From Octopus sinensis (taxonomy: Eukaryota), in NCBI RefSeq assembly GCF_006345805.1, contig NC_043000.1, positions 57,350,001-57,414,000 of the forward strand: a DNA stretch of 64,000 bases. Reading direction: 5' to 3'. Below are positions 11,542 through 23,384 of this stretch, piece after piece. Position numbers and translations under genes: made by a program. The stretch's first letter is position 1, and each line of letters begins with the position of its first letter. The notes below the pieces were generated by a model, which did not search any database, was not told the origin of the DNA, and was given only the letters and a program-made list of their open reading frames with translations.

Positions 11542-12177
11542 CTAGCAGTATCGCCCGGCGTTGCTCGGGTTTGTAAGGGAAATAACTATATAAGCATTTT
11601 TAGAGAGTTATAGCCAAAATATAGCAAAAAATGCATTAAAATGGAAAAATATGATGGTAAATTTTTTTTTAAATCGTTGACGCATCGTAGACATTTTTAG
11701 AGAGTTACTTCCCTTATATAATAGCGAAAAAATGCATTAAAATGGAAAAAAAAACGATGGTAAATTTTTTTTTAAATCGTAGACTCATGTAGACGCTTTC
11801 TTAGCCATTTCTGTTTTGGTGTCTTCAAGCCATGAAGTCGTTGTTCTAAAAGAACACTGGTCTCCTTGACAACGCATTACGACGTTGATTTCCTTACACT
11901 CCCTTCCCCACAGGTGCAGGTGTGAGCGTGGACGCCAACTCCGCCGCCATCGACACACGAAAAATTATGCATTAAAATGGAATAAAAAATGATGTTAAAT
12001 TATTTTTAAAATCGTAGACTCATCGTAGACGCGTGCTAATATTCAGACGGGCTCGATATGAATCACGACTATAAGCTACCCGAATTTGGTTAAACTGTAC
12101 CGCAAAATGTGGGAGTAGTTAGGAATCTAAATCGAAGGGGACAGACACTCACACAACTACAGTTTTATATATATAGA
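11542..12177 (-). mobile_element. Non-autonomous Helitron with internal triplicated block
   Basis: Minus strand starts A|TCTATATATATAAAACTG and ends CCCGAGCAACGCCGGGCGATACTGCTAG|T; the AAATGCATTAAAATGG...AAATCGT block occurs three times. Confidence 0.85.
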
Positions 12178-12242
12178 TATACATAGCGCAGTAGTGGTGA
12201 GATATGACAGCAAAGAAAAGCATACATTCACTCTCTGCATGC

Positions 12243-12552
12243 AATTAGACTCGGAAAGTTTGTGAGGAACCCATTGACCCAATTTGCTGACTTTTCCGAT
12301 AGCACACAGGTGTCAATGAATGGTTGAATGACCAAATCCAAGCTTCTCTGCTAGTTCCTCAACAGTTACGGTGATATTTTGTTCCACCAGGGTTTTCAGG
12401 ATGTCCTTGTCGAGTTCTACAGATCTTTCAGGATGAGGCTCGTCTTGTAGGCTGTAGTTTATGGCTCGGGATTTCTGGAACCACCATTGACACTGCCTTA
12501 CGCTTATTGTCCAATCCCCATATACTGCATTAATATTTCTTGTACTTTGCAC
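12243..12552 (-). mobile_element. Mariner transposase fragment, same family as 13363-14601, opposite orientation
   Basis: ORF 12313-12735 ends NINAVYGDWTISVRQCQWWFQKSR...VEELAEKLGFGHSTIH, matching 13502-13830. Confidence 0.9.
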
Positions 12553-12745
12553 ACATTTATATTCTGTTATTCTTTTATATGTTTCAGCCTTGAGGTTGTG
12601 GCCATGCTGGATCATGTGTGTGTGTGTGTGTGTGTGTGTGTCTATCTGTCTGTCTGTATGTATATATGTATATGTATGTGTGTGAACAATAATATTTTCA
12701 ACAGATGTGTTGCAAATGTATCTGATTGTTCTCAAGCTTCAATAC

Positions 12746-12776
<31 letters not shown>

Positions 12777-12857
12777 ATGTATGTATGTATGTATATGTAT
12801 GTATGTATGTATGTGTGTATGTATGTATGTGTGTGTGTGTATGTATGTGTGTGTGTA

Positions 12858-12888
<31 letters not shown>

Positions 12889-13362
12889 ATGTATGTATGT
12901 ATGTATGTATGTATGTATGTATGTATGTATGTATGTATGAGTGTATGTTTACTTTATTACTAATTACTCTCTTCCAAGAACATTTTCACTCACTTAGCTC
13001 TTAGCTTCCCATACATTTTACTCATGTATCTATCAGCGTCATAGACAGAATACTTTCACTTTAGTCTTCCTCAAATCACTCTGTCGCTATTTACTTTCAT
13101 TTTATTCGTTGCCCACTGTGTGTGTGCGTTTGCGTGTGGTGTAAACCAGACTAAGAAAAGCATTTGACACACACACCAGAATGTGAGTTTTCTGTAAATT
13201 TTGCTTAATTGGAGTTTAAATTTTAAAACCTGGACCTGGCATGACGCGATGCATTGTACTCTTAAAAATGCCAGGTAAATTGTAATTGAAGAAATCCTAT
13301 ATTGCAGATTTGTATAACTCCCAAAGGGAGGCAGATAAAATCTGCCTTTTATAATAAGAGAT

Positions 13363-14601
13363 TCATCCCATAAATAATGTGTTTTTTTTCAATTGCATGA
13401 ACTAAAAGTTGGAGAGGATAGGATAAACTACCTGCATAAGCTTGCTATAAAAGCAGGTAGTAATTTTACCATGTCCTTATTCTTAGTGCAGGTTTTGAAG
13501 AATGCAGTTCAATTTTAACAGTTATTGTTTCAAAGCTATAATGGAAGTGACAAAGAAGCATATTCAGCATATTTTGTTTTATGAGTTCAATAAAGGCAAC
13601 AATTCAACAGAAAGTGCAAAGAATATTAATGCAGTACGTGGGGATTGGACAATAAACATAAGGCAGTGTCAACGGTGGTTCCAGAAATTCTGAACTGGAA
13701 ACTATAGCCTAGAAGATGAGCCTCATCCTGGAAGGTCTGCAAAGGACGTCCTGTAAATCCAGGCAGAACAAAATCCCATTGTAACAGTTGAGAAACTAAC
13801 AGAGAAGCTTGGATTTGGTCACTCAACCATTCATTGACACTTGCGTGCCATCAGAAAAGTCAGCAAATTGGGTCAATGGGTTCCTCACAAACTTTCTGAG
13901 TCTAATCACGTGCAGAGAGTGAATGTGTGCTCTTCTTTGTTGCCATGTCTCACAAACGAACCTTTTTTGGACCGAATAGTGGCTGGTGACAAGAAATGGG
14001 TTCTCTATAAAAATGTCAAGTGCTGAAGACAGTGGGTAGGGAAAGGAAAAACATTGGCACCCCAGGCTAAAGAAGGTCTTCACCCACATAAGTTGTTATC
14101 TGTTTGGTGGGATATGAAAGGTTTAGTCCGCTTTGAACTTTTAAACTCAAACCAAATGATAACAAAAGAGATCTACTGTGAGCAGCTTGAACAGCTTAAG
14201 TTAACACGAGAAGGAAAATGACCATCTTTGGTTTGAAGATGAAAAGTGTACATCCATCAGGATAATGCTTGGCTACATACAGCAACTATGATGTACCAAA
14301 GGCTGGAGCATATTTGCTGGACATTGCCCCATCTGATTATCATTTATCCCACAGTCTTCAAAATCATTTGGACAGAAAAAATATGAAATCTGTAAACGAG
14401 GTCAGAACAGTACTGGAGGAGTATTTTTCATCACGGACAAGTGAATTTTGGAAGAGGCCTAGCATGCCTACCAGATAGATGGAAGAGCATTGTAGAAAAT
14501 GAAGAAGAGTTTATTTTAGATTAAAAAAGAACTTTGTTTGTTTTAATTTTAAAAAATAAAAGAAGTATAAAAAAAAACGCATTATTTATGGGATGACCCA
14601 A
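13363..14601 (+). mobile_element. Mariner transposon, disrupted
   Basis: TCATCCCATAAATAATG (left TIR, clipped) and CATTATTTATGGGATGACCCAA|TA; fragments HILFYEFNKGN, GQWVPHKL, IVAGDKKWV, DIAPSDYHL. Confidence 0.93.
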
Positions 14602-14613
14602 TATATATACATA

Positions 14614-14830
14614 CAAGGGGTGCTGGAAAGTTCCTGGCTTTAAGGGTATCTTGAAAGGTCTTGTTGGACGCCCAGTCTTCTGAATTCTTTTATAGAGCTT
14701 CAAAAAACTGAAGGGCCACTGCAAAAAGTGTGTAAATCTGAGAGGGGAATATTTAGAAAAAAAATCATAATTAACTGGTACTCCTGTATTTTCTTTTACC
14801 TGAATCCCAAAACTTTTCAGCGCTCCATCA
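14614..14830 (+). mobile_element. Internally deleted mariner derivative (MITE-like)
   Basis: TA|CAAGGGGTGCTGGAAAGTT...AACTTTTCAGCGCTCCATCA|TA degenerate TIR pair. Confidence 0.6.
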
Positions 14831-14840
14831 TACATATTAT

Positions 14841-15218
14841 AACACAGGTGCAGGTTTGGCTGTATAATAAAAAGCTATCTTCCCAACTACATTGTTCCAG
14901 GTTCAGTCCCATTGCATGGCACCTTGGGCAAGTGTCTTTTTGTAAGTGGATTTGGTAGATGGAAACTGAAAGAAGCCTGTCATGTGTGTGTGTGTGTGTG
15001 TGTCTTTGTGCCTGTTTGTCCCCCACCACCACTTGACAACTAGTGCTGGTGTGTTTACATCTCCATAGCTTAGCAGTTCTGCAAAAGAGACTGATAAAAT
15101 AAGAACCAGGCTCTAAAAAAGTAAGTACTGGGGTCGATTCATTTGGTTAAAAAAAATCCTCTAAGGTAGTGTCCCAGCATGGCTGCTGCCTAATGACTGA
15201 AGCAAGTAAAAGATAAAA
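14841..15218 (+). mobile_element. tRNA-derived SINE (family A)
   Basis: CCAGGTTCAGTCCCA B-box-like head, internal (TG)n, CCCAGCATGGC...AAGTAAAAGATAAAAG tail. Confidence 0.8.
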
Positions 15219-16907
15219 GATGTATATATATACACTGGCACGCACATATATACATGTAGATAAAATTAAAAAGGGATGACATCTATATGATTGATTTTCA
15301 TTAGATGGATATGTATAGATAAACTCAAAATAAAATTCAATAGAAAAAAATGAAATTGAAATTGATTAAAAGAAATTTCAGAGTTCTCTGTTGAATTTCA
15401 ATGCAATTGTGACTTTTAATTTTGGTTCCCCCACATCCCAGACCACTCCACCTCCCCTTTCAGTTTAGAAAATGATCTCAGTTTTATCAATTTGAAATTT
15501 CATCTTGAAAAAAACAGAAGTGTGTGTGCATGCAGATGTGAGTGCATTTGTGTATATGTGTAATTGTATATGTATCTATGTATGTATGTTATGTACGTAT
15601 GTGTGTTTATATGTATGTATAACTTCAAATAAAAAAAAATTTTGTTGCTGAAAATACAATTCTAAAATAGGTATGAAGATGCTAATGGAATATATTGATT
15701 GATTAACCAGAACAGCTTCAAGAGTCAATGTGGCTGATAGAATCATTATTAGTTTTATGGCTCTGCCCTGCCATTATTATCTACCATATGTTGAAACAAA
15801 ATGTCTGATTGGACAATCAACGACAATGGTCTTGAGTTAAAGAAAAATCTATTGCAGGAATTCTCATTAAATATTTGGACAGCTACACATAATTAAACCT
15901 ACTGAGCTGGCAGGAATAGACACCAGTTTGCAATATGAGGAAGACAAACAGACAGGTGAAAAATTTCCCTCTTATATAACTAAAGCTATGAAACCAAGGT
16001 TTATTAAACATAAGTCCTTAAGAACCTCTAGGCTTTTACACTTATCTGCCATAGAAGCCTTTGACATTGATACTTGTAAATGAGTATCATTGTCATAGAA
16101 GCAGTGTAGTTTATGTCCAGTCTTCTATATTTAGTGAAGAGGGAAATATTTTCTTGCTTGGAAACAAGTGAGGGTTGGCAGCAGGAAGGGCATTATTGCC
16201 ATAAGATATTCGTCTCAACAAATTCTGTCTGTGTAAACAAAGTGGACATTAAAATGTTGATGACAAAGACAATAATGATGACAGCAATGACAATGAATGT
16301 AAGTGATATATGTATATATGTAAGTTTAATATCAGGATAATATCAGGATATATAAGGATCATATAAGGTTAATATAAGAATGATATAGGGATATATATAT
16401 ATAAGGCTTCTTAACGGATGAAATAAGGATAATATATGAATAATATAAGGATATTATAACACTGATCTATGAACTAGTGTATATTCTTTTCTACTCTAGG
16501 CACAAGGCCTGAAATTTTGGGGAGGGGGCCAGTCGATTAGATTGACCCCAGTATGTAACTGGTACTTAATTTATTGACCCCAAAAAGATGAAAGGCAAAG
16601 ACGACCTTGGTGGAATTTCATAAACTAGTGTATATTGAGCTATTTTTTTACTGTTTGTTATAAGATATAGCAATCACAGGGTAATCAACATTATTAGGTG
16701 TTATTTCAGAGACTGAACAAATTGGAATTATGGTATCTATAGATTTTCTAGGGATTTAAAGAAGCTAGAAAATGGAAACTGAATCTGGGTTACAAATTCA
16801 TTTCTCTCTCTTGCATATTACCAACACTATAGTGCTCACCATCAGAGATAGGCCAGGCTAACAGAGAAGAAATATAAAATGAGAGATGGTCTTGAAAGCA
16901 AACAAAC

Positions 16908-17150
16908 CTCTTCATAGATCGATGGGTCTTTGAATGATGGTGATTCATAAAAATAATGCAGATATGACTTCACTCCAATATAGTCCCGACTGAGATCATT
17001 GCTATCCTGTTTACCAACTGTTTTGAACAGTAGGCGTTTGGTTGACGCCAGTGAGCTGTTTCGGTGTCCTTCTTCAGCTTCACTATTCAAAGCTTCAAGA
17101 TCTTCTTCGAAGCTGCCAGCTGTCGCTTCTGTTGAAGTGACGTTCTCCAT
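16908..17150 (-). CDS. NRSN1: First coding exon of a neurensin-family (vesicular membrane protein) gene, 81 codons, partial gene
   Basis: MENVTS...DYIGVKSYLHYFYESPSFKDPSIYEE matches the neurensin N-terminal motif YGVRSYLHQFYE (recalled from human NRSN1; NRSN1 versus NRSN2 orthology unresolved). Acceptor TTCTTGCAG| ends at 17165, exon starts 17164; phase-0 donor GAG|GTTTGT at 16907. Confidence 0.72.
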
Positions 17151-18167
17151 TTTGGTTCATAAACCTGCAAGAAAGACAAGTCAAAAAGATAGAAATCAAT
17201 ATATGTATTTGTAAATGTTTGTGCATGTGTGTGTGTGTGTTTGTGCATGTGGATGTGTGTCTAAAAGTATCAAGAATTAGGTAAATCAAAAACAATATAT
17301 TAAACAAAAAATAAAATTCCAAATCAATATGCGTAGGTGTTTATGGAGCAGGCTTACGTACTATGTATACATATCTATGTATATCTAATATGTGTGCATG
17401 TGAGTGCATGTTTGTGTGTATACATTCACATATGTACACACATGTATGCATGCATATAGCATTATAAAAGACTATTAATTTAAGTATTACAGCTTTTTAG
17501 AGTGTTATAAGCTCATCTCTAAAAAATGTGATCTTATGAGTGTGATGTTTCACTAATTGAAAGTCTAATTCTCATATGCTAAATTCATTAAATTTGTAAA
17601 CTATTGATTTTTGATACTTATATCTTGTGTGCATGTGCATATGTTTTGATTACAGATCTAAGAAGCCAAAGAAACTATAAAAAAAAATTGACAAATACAT
17701 CATGCTGCTGCCATTGCTAATATGTGAAAAACCTACCTAATACATCGCCATATTGTCATTTGTAATAAACACAAGAAAATATTCACAAAACAGCACCATA
17801 TCATTATAGCTAACAATAGAAAAAAAACTCACACAATTCTGTATGATAATGTCTTAGCTGACATCAGAAAATTTTTTTTATAAACAACTTCACACTGTTA
17901 TGGCTAACACCAGGAAAACTACTAAAATATACTATCATTTATAAACCTTGAAAAAGTTAAAAACACAGCACTAGTCATGTCATGCCTATAGTAGAAAAAT
18001 CTTTTAAAAGGCTGTGTGGTTAAGAAGCTCACTTTGCAATCATGCAGTTTCAGGTTCAATTCCACTGTGCAGTGCATTTGGCAGTGTCTTCTACTTTATT
18101 TCTGGGTCAGTCAATACCTGTAAGTGAATTATTGAATTCGGTAGACAGAAACTGCATGAAAGACTAT

Positions 18168-18219
<52 letters not shown>

Positions 18220-18228
18220 AATTTAAAT

Positions 18229-18359
18229 AAAAATGGGGAAGTCCAGTTTATGGGAATACCTTAGGTTTAAGAGGTCATGGGTCAACAGGTTTTTGGGATC
18301 TGACAATATGCCATAAAGCTAAACCTAAGGTAATCCTATAAACTGGCCTTCCCATTTTT
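18229..18359. mobile_element. Small inverted-repeat element (MITE-like)
   Basis: Arms 18229-18269 and 18320-18359 are reverse complementary with a few mismatches; the internal part resembles 30560-30620 in reverse. Confidence 0.6.
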
Positions 18360-18408
18360 AATTAATAATATGTACTGCTGTTTCTTCTTTTGAATCTATG
18401 CCTTTTAC

Positions 18409-18454
<46 letters not shown>

Positions 18455-18455
<1 letters not shown>

Positions 18456-18874
18456 TACTCTTTTACTCTTTTACTTGATTCAGTCATTTGACTGCGGCCA
18501 TGCTGGAGCACCGCCTTTTTTTAGTCGAGCAAATCGACCCCGGGACTTATTCTTTGTAAGCCCAGTACTTATTCTATCGGTCTCTTTTGCCAAACCGCTA
18601 AGTGACGGGGATGTAAACACACCAGCATCTGTTGTCAAGCAATGCTAGGGGGACAAACACAGACAGACAAACACACACACACATACATATATATATATAC
18701 ATACATATATACGACAGGCTTCTTTCAGTTTCCGTCTACCAAATCCACTCACAAGGCATTGGTCGGCCCGGGGCTATTGCAGAAGACACTTGCCCAAGAT
18801 GCCACGCAGTGGGACTGAACCCGGAACCATGTGGCTGGTTAGCAAGCTACTAACCACACAGCCACTCCTGCGCC
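18455..18874 (-). mobile_element. tRNA-derived SINE (family A), near-intact
   Basis: Minus strand starts GGCGCAGGAGTGGCTGTGTGG, has CCGGGTTCAGTCCC and ends in (AGTAAAAG)n. Confidence 0.9.
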
Positions 18875-20371
18875 TATATGGTATATATATATATATATAA
18901 GTGTGCATATGTGTGTGGTGTATGTATGTGTGCATGCACATATGTGTGTGTGTGTGTTTGTCCCCAGCACTACTTAACAACTGGTGTGAGTTTGCTTACG
19001 TCCTTGTAACTTAGCAGTTCAGCAAAAGTTACTGATAGAATAAGTACCAGACTCAAAAAATGTAAGTATCAAGGTCCCTGATTAAATCCTATAAGGTGAT
19101 GCCCCATCATGGCCACAGTCTAATGACTAAAGCAAGTAAGAAAATAAAATATAATAGAATGCAGTTATAGCTAACATGAAAATAAATCTTTAAAATTCTG
19201 CTCGTGGCTGTGTGGTAAGAAGCTTGCTCCCAACTACATGGTTCCAGGTTCAGTCCCACAGCATGGCACCTTGGGCAAGTGACTATTATTATAGCCTTGT
19301 GGATGGATTTAGTAGATGGAGGCTGAAAAAAGCTCATCATATGTGTTTGTATCTGTGTGTGTATTTCTTTGTCTCTGTATTTGTCCCCAACTCTTGCTTG
19401 ACAACTGGTGCAGGTTTGTTTACATCCCCATCACTTAATGGTTCACTAAAGAGGTCAATAGAATAAGTACCACGCTTAACAAAAAGTATTGTGGTTGATT
19501 TGTTCAACTAAAAACTCTTCAGGGTGATGCCCTAGTATGGCTGCTGTCTAATGATTGAAACAAGTAGATAGAAAAATAGATAGAAAAAAATAAGATAAAG
19601 ATATATTGTCAATACTTGTACTAGAAATATCTTAAAAATTCTGCATCAAACTCATGTGGATATGTTACTTTCACTGTGCTATATATGTTATTTCAACCAA
19701 TCAGAAAATTTGGCTTAGAGAGTAATAGCCTGCTAATCCGTTTTGGAGTTATATTAAGCAGGTTAAAAATCTTATTGTTTTCTTGAGCTATTTGCTCAGC
19801 ATCAGACAAGTTTCTTTTCCACACCAATAGGTACAATTAAGGTATCTTATTCTCTCTCTCTCCCCCACCCCTTCTCCCACTCGCTCTTGTTAAGATTAAG
19901 AAAACTTTTGAATTCTACACTATGTCATCATTGTTAACACAAGGAAAATATTTAAAATGCAGTGCTATATTTAACACTAATAAAACCAATAGAATACAGG
20001 GTATTATACTGCCATGACTGACACTAGAAATCCCTTAACAGAAAACCCACAAAGTTCTGCATCATTCTGTCATAGCTAACATGAGAAAAATATTCACATT
20101 GCAGAAATGTGATTATTGTATGTCAGAACCTGTTCACTGTATAATTTACAATTATAAATGACTGGATCAATAAGGTATTGAGCTATAGGTGATAGGATTG
20201 ATGGCTTGTATTTTCAACAGTGTTACGTCAATGGTGATAACACTTAACTCTTGCTGACTCTGTTTACCTAGCTGTAAAGAGTGGGAACATTGAATTATTA
20301 AGCAGTGTTCCATTAGCTTGCTGTTGCAGTGAAAAGCTGTTGAAGTATTCATCCTTAGTTCACGGTCTCCA

Positions 20372-20680
20372 CCTGTGGAGGCACATGGCCTAGTGGTTAG
20401 AGCAGCAGACTTGCGGTCGACGGATTGCGGGTTTGAATCTTAGACCAGGGCAATGTATGTGTTTATGAGCGAAACACCTAAGCTTCATGCGGCTCCAGCA
20501 GAAGCTAATGTCAAACCTCTGCTGACTTTCGCCACAACTTTCTGTCACTCTTTCCTCCTGCATCTTGCAGTTCACCTGCGATGGACCGGTGTCCCATCCA
20601 GGTGGGGAACCTATACACCAAGGAAACTTGGAAACCAGCACTTATGAGCCAGGTGTGGCTCAAGAAGGAACAAACAACAG
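20372..20680 (+). mobile_element. tRNA-derived SINE (family C-related head)
   Basis: TGGAGGCACATGGCCTAGTGGTTAGAGCAGCAGAC...GGGTTTGAATCTT head as at 2371, with a different 3' body. Confidence 0.7.
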
Positions 20681-21899
20681 TCTCCACCTGTCTCTGTCAG
20701 ATCAGGTTTTATTCTCTGCTTCTCATTCAAACTTGCTTATAGATTCAGACCCCAATTCTAATTCTGGGTGCATATGACAGAGGTGCATATGTGAAGGCAC
20801 ATGGCTCAGTGGTTAAGGTGTTGGACTCACAATCATAAGATTGTGGTTTTGATCCCTGGACCGGGTGATCCATTGTATTATTGAGCAAAACCCTTCATTT
20901 TATGGTGCTCCAGTCCACTCAGCTGTAGAACTGAGTTTAGCCTGGAGAGGGATGGGCCCTGCCAGGTTTTCTCACCCTAAATATACTACATGGCTTCAGC
21001 AACCCAACAACCCCTAAGTAGTTAAAGGACTTGTCAACTGTAAACAACAAACAGGTGTATTAGTTTAATGCTTGGGAAGGTGAGAAAGTCTTTTATGTTT
21101 CGAGCCTACACACTTCAACAGAAAGGAGCACAAGAAAATAAACAGAGAGAGAATAAAAAAAAGCTTTAGTGGCTAGCGATACAATGGGCTTCTTTCAGTT
21201 TCTGTCTGCCAAATCCACTCACAAGGCTTTGGCTGGTCTGAGGCTATAGTAGAAGACACTTGCCCAAGGTGCCACACAGTGGGACTGAACTCAGAACCAT
21301 GTGGTTGAGAAGTAAGCTTCTTACCACGCAGCCTATGAATGTATGTGTGTGTGTGTATATATATATATATACATATATAAATATATATATGTATATGTAT
21401 TTATGTATCTATGTGTATATATATATATATATAATAATAAAATAAATGCGCACTTTTAAAGCCTAGCCAGGCTCATGGGCCTGGTTTCCAGGTTTCAATG
21501 GCATGTGTTCCCCAGCTGGACGGGACGCCAGTCCATCACAGTGTTACTCATTTTTGCCAGCTGAGTGGACTGGAGCAACGTGAAATGAAGTGTTTTGCTC
21601 AAGAACACAACATGTCGCCCGGTCCAGGAATCGAAACCACAATCTTACGCTAATGATGCTGACACCCTAACCACTAAGCCACACGCCTCCACAATATATA
21701 TATATATATAGCTAAGCAATTAAGGGTTTAGCAACGAATTGCCTCACCACACACCGAATTTAGAAATAGCAGTCAAAGAGTTATAGCTATTCCTTTCTAC
21801 TAAAAGGGAGATCTCAGTAAAAACACAGCACTTGAAAGGCAAACACAGACAGGTAAGAGAGAATGAAATGACGGCAATCTATCATACAATTTTAAGTCA

Positions 21900-21990
21900 C
21901 CTACGGACGTACGTTTCGAAATTAAGTTTTAGGAAAGCATAAGAATTAGATAATTATATCTTACCCAACTTCTTTTCTCATCAGCGTAGG
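21900..21990 (-). ncRNA. Type I hammerhead ribozyme, fully canonical core, long stem II
   Basis: Minus strand: CCUACG-CUGAUGA-GAAA-(52 nt)-UUUC-GAAAC-GUAC-GUC/CGUAGG; P1 6 bp, P2 base 4 bp, palindromic ACGUACGU stem III; predicted cut between 21906 and 21905. Confidence 0.85.
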
Positions 21991-22159
21991 ACACTACAAT
22001 TATGAATAATTGTATATTAAATTTCGAGATACTAGAAGGCATCATCTCAACTCATCGATTTTTCACCCTCATTTATAATAATTATATATATATATATAAT
22101 TTCTGGAATTATTACATTCCCTAGGTATTAATAAAATATATATATATATATAGAATATC

Positions 22160-22395
22160 CCGGAAGCAGCTGTAAGACCTTCTTAATATAAATGTTCTAA
22201 AATCTTTCACACCCTTTGATTTTTATCTCATTCTAAAAATTTTTTTTATATACACACATGCTGATATATGGCCTACATTGGACTCCTCATTCGCATAATC
22301 TCGGACCCTAGAGCTTAACTATAGTCTGTCCATAGCACTTACTCAGCATTAACTGACACATTTGGGTCTTATTGAAACCATTAGCTCTCATAACT
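22160..22395 (+). mobile_element. Penelope-like repeat homologous to 7225-7430, starting in a decayed HHR 3' half
   Basis: GAAGC-AGCU-GUA-AGACC at 22163-22179, then CTTAACTAT(A/G)GTCTGTC and CTGACAC..TTTGGGTCT blocks shared with 7225-7430. Confidence 0.6.
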
Positions 22396-22441
22396 GATAT
22401 ATATACATATTTATCTATCTATCCATCTATCTATCTATCTA

Positions 22442-22495
<54 letters not shown>

Positions 22496-23309
22496 AACAT
22501 GTCTTCAAATCTTACCTCTTTTATATTAATTGCACAATAAAATAAGACATAGAGTTTATTCTCAAAATGCTACAAACTTATGTGTGTACATCTTGTCTAT
22601 ATGCTGAAGTATTGATTGTATGTTTGTGTGACTTGATATTTATTTGTCTTGCTTGTTTGTGCCATACATTCATTTTTAGATGTATTTATTCCATATTAAG
22701 TGTCCTGTGAATGTGTTTATGTATTGTACCTGTTTTCATGCTTTGTTTGTGTTTCTTTGTGTGTGGGTTCACTATATGATGTGCATATATATATCTGTGG
22801 GTTTGATTCATACGTGTCATATCTAAATATCTATAAGTCATGTCTTTGTATGTGTGTATGCATTTTTGATACATGTGTGTCTTATCTACATATCTTAATC
22901 TTATGCCTTTTATGTATGTGTGTGCTTGTCTGCTTTCATATGTATGTCTGTACTTTTGTATGTGCCCACGCATAACACTCTAATGTCTTTCTTTCATGAA
23001 TGATAGGAAGTTATTTTTCCATGTTGATAAAATAAGAAAAGATATTCTTCTCTTTTGAAGTTTTAAGGCATGGAAATGTAACAGAAGTGATTTTAGACAA
23101 AAGACAATGTATTTAAGAGTACATTTATAGATACATCTTAGCAATTCAACTGATTATTTTTTGCTAATTTCACAGCACACTCAAACAAACACAGATTCTG
23201 AATTTTACCAGTATTTATGCTTGTATGTACATACATACATACATACATACATACATACATACATACATACATACTTACATACATACATACATACATACAT
23301 ACATGCATG

Positions 23310-23341
<32 letters not shown>

Positions 23342-23384
23342 CATACATATGTATATACATACATATGTACATACATACATTGCC

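Larger units (their letters stand above)
17709..20105. repeat. Old, decayed ~45-bp tandem array interrupted by SINEs
   Basis: GCTAAC/GCTGAC...GAAAA...ATT-like anchors at about 17716, 17765, 17809, 17857, 17903, 17942 and 17984, reappearing at 19169, 19933 and 20074. Confidence 0.5.

Noticed and set aside
1-16907. Search for neurensin exon 2 (transmembrane segments) on the minus strand
   Set aside because: No unique stretch (870-1000, 5540-5760, 11050-11350, 15660-16100) gave a matching hydrophobic open frame.
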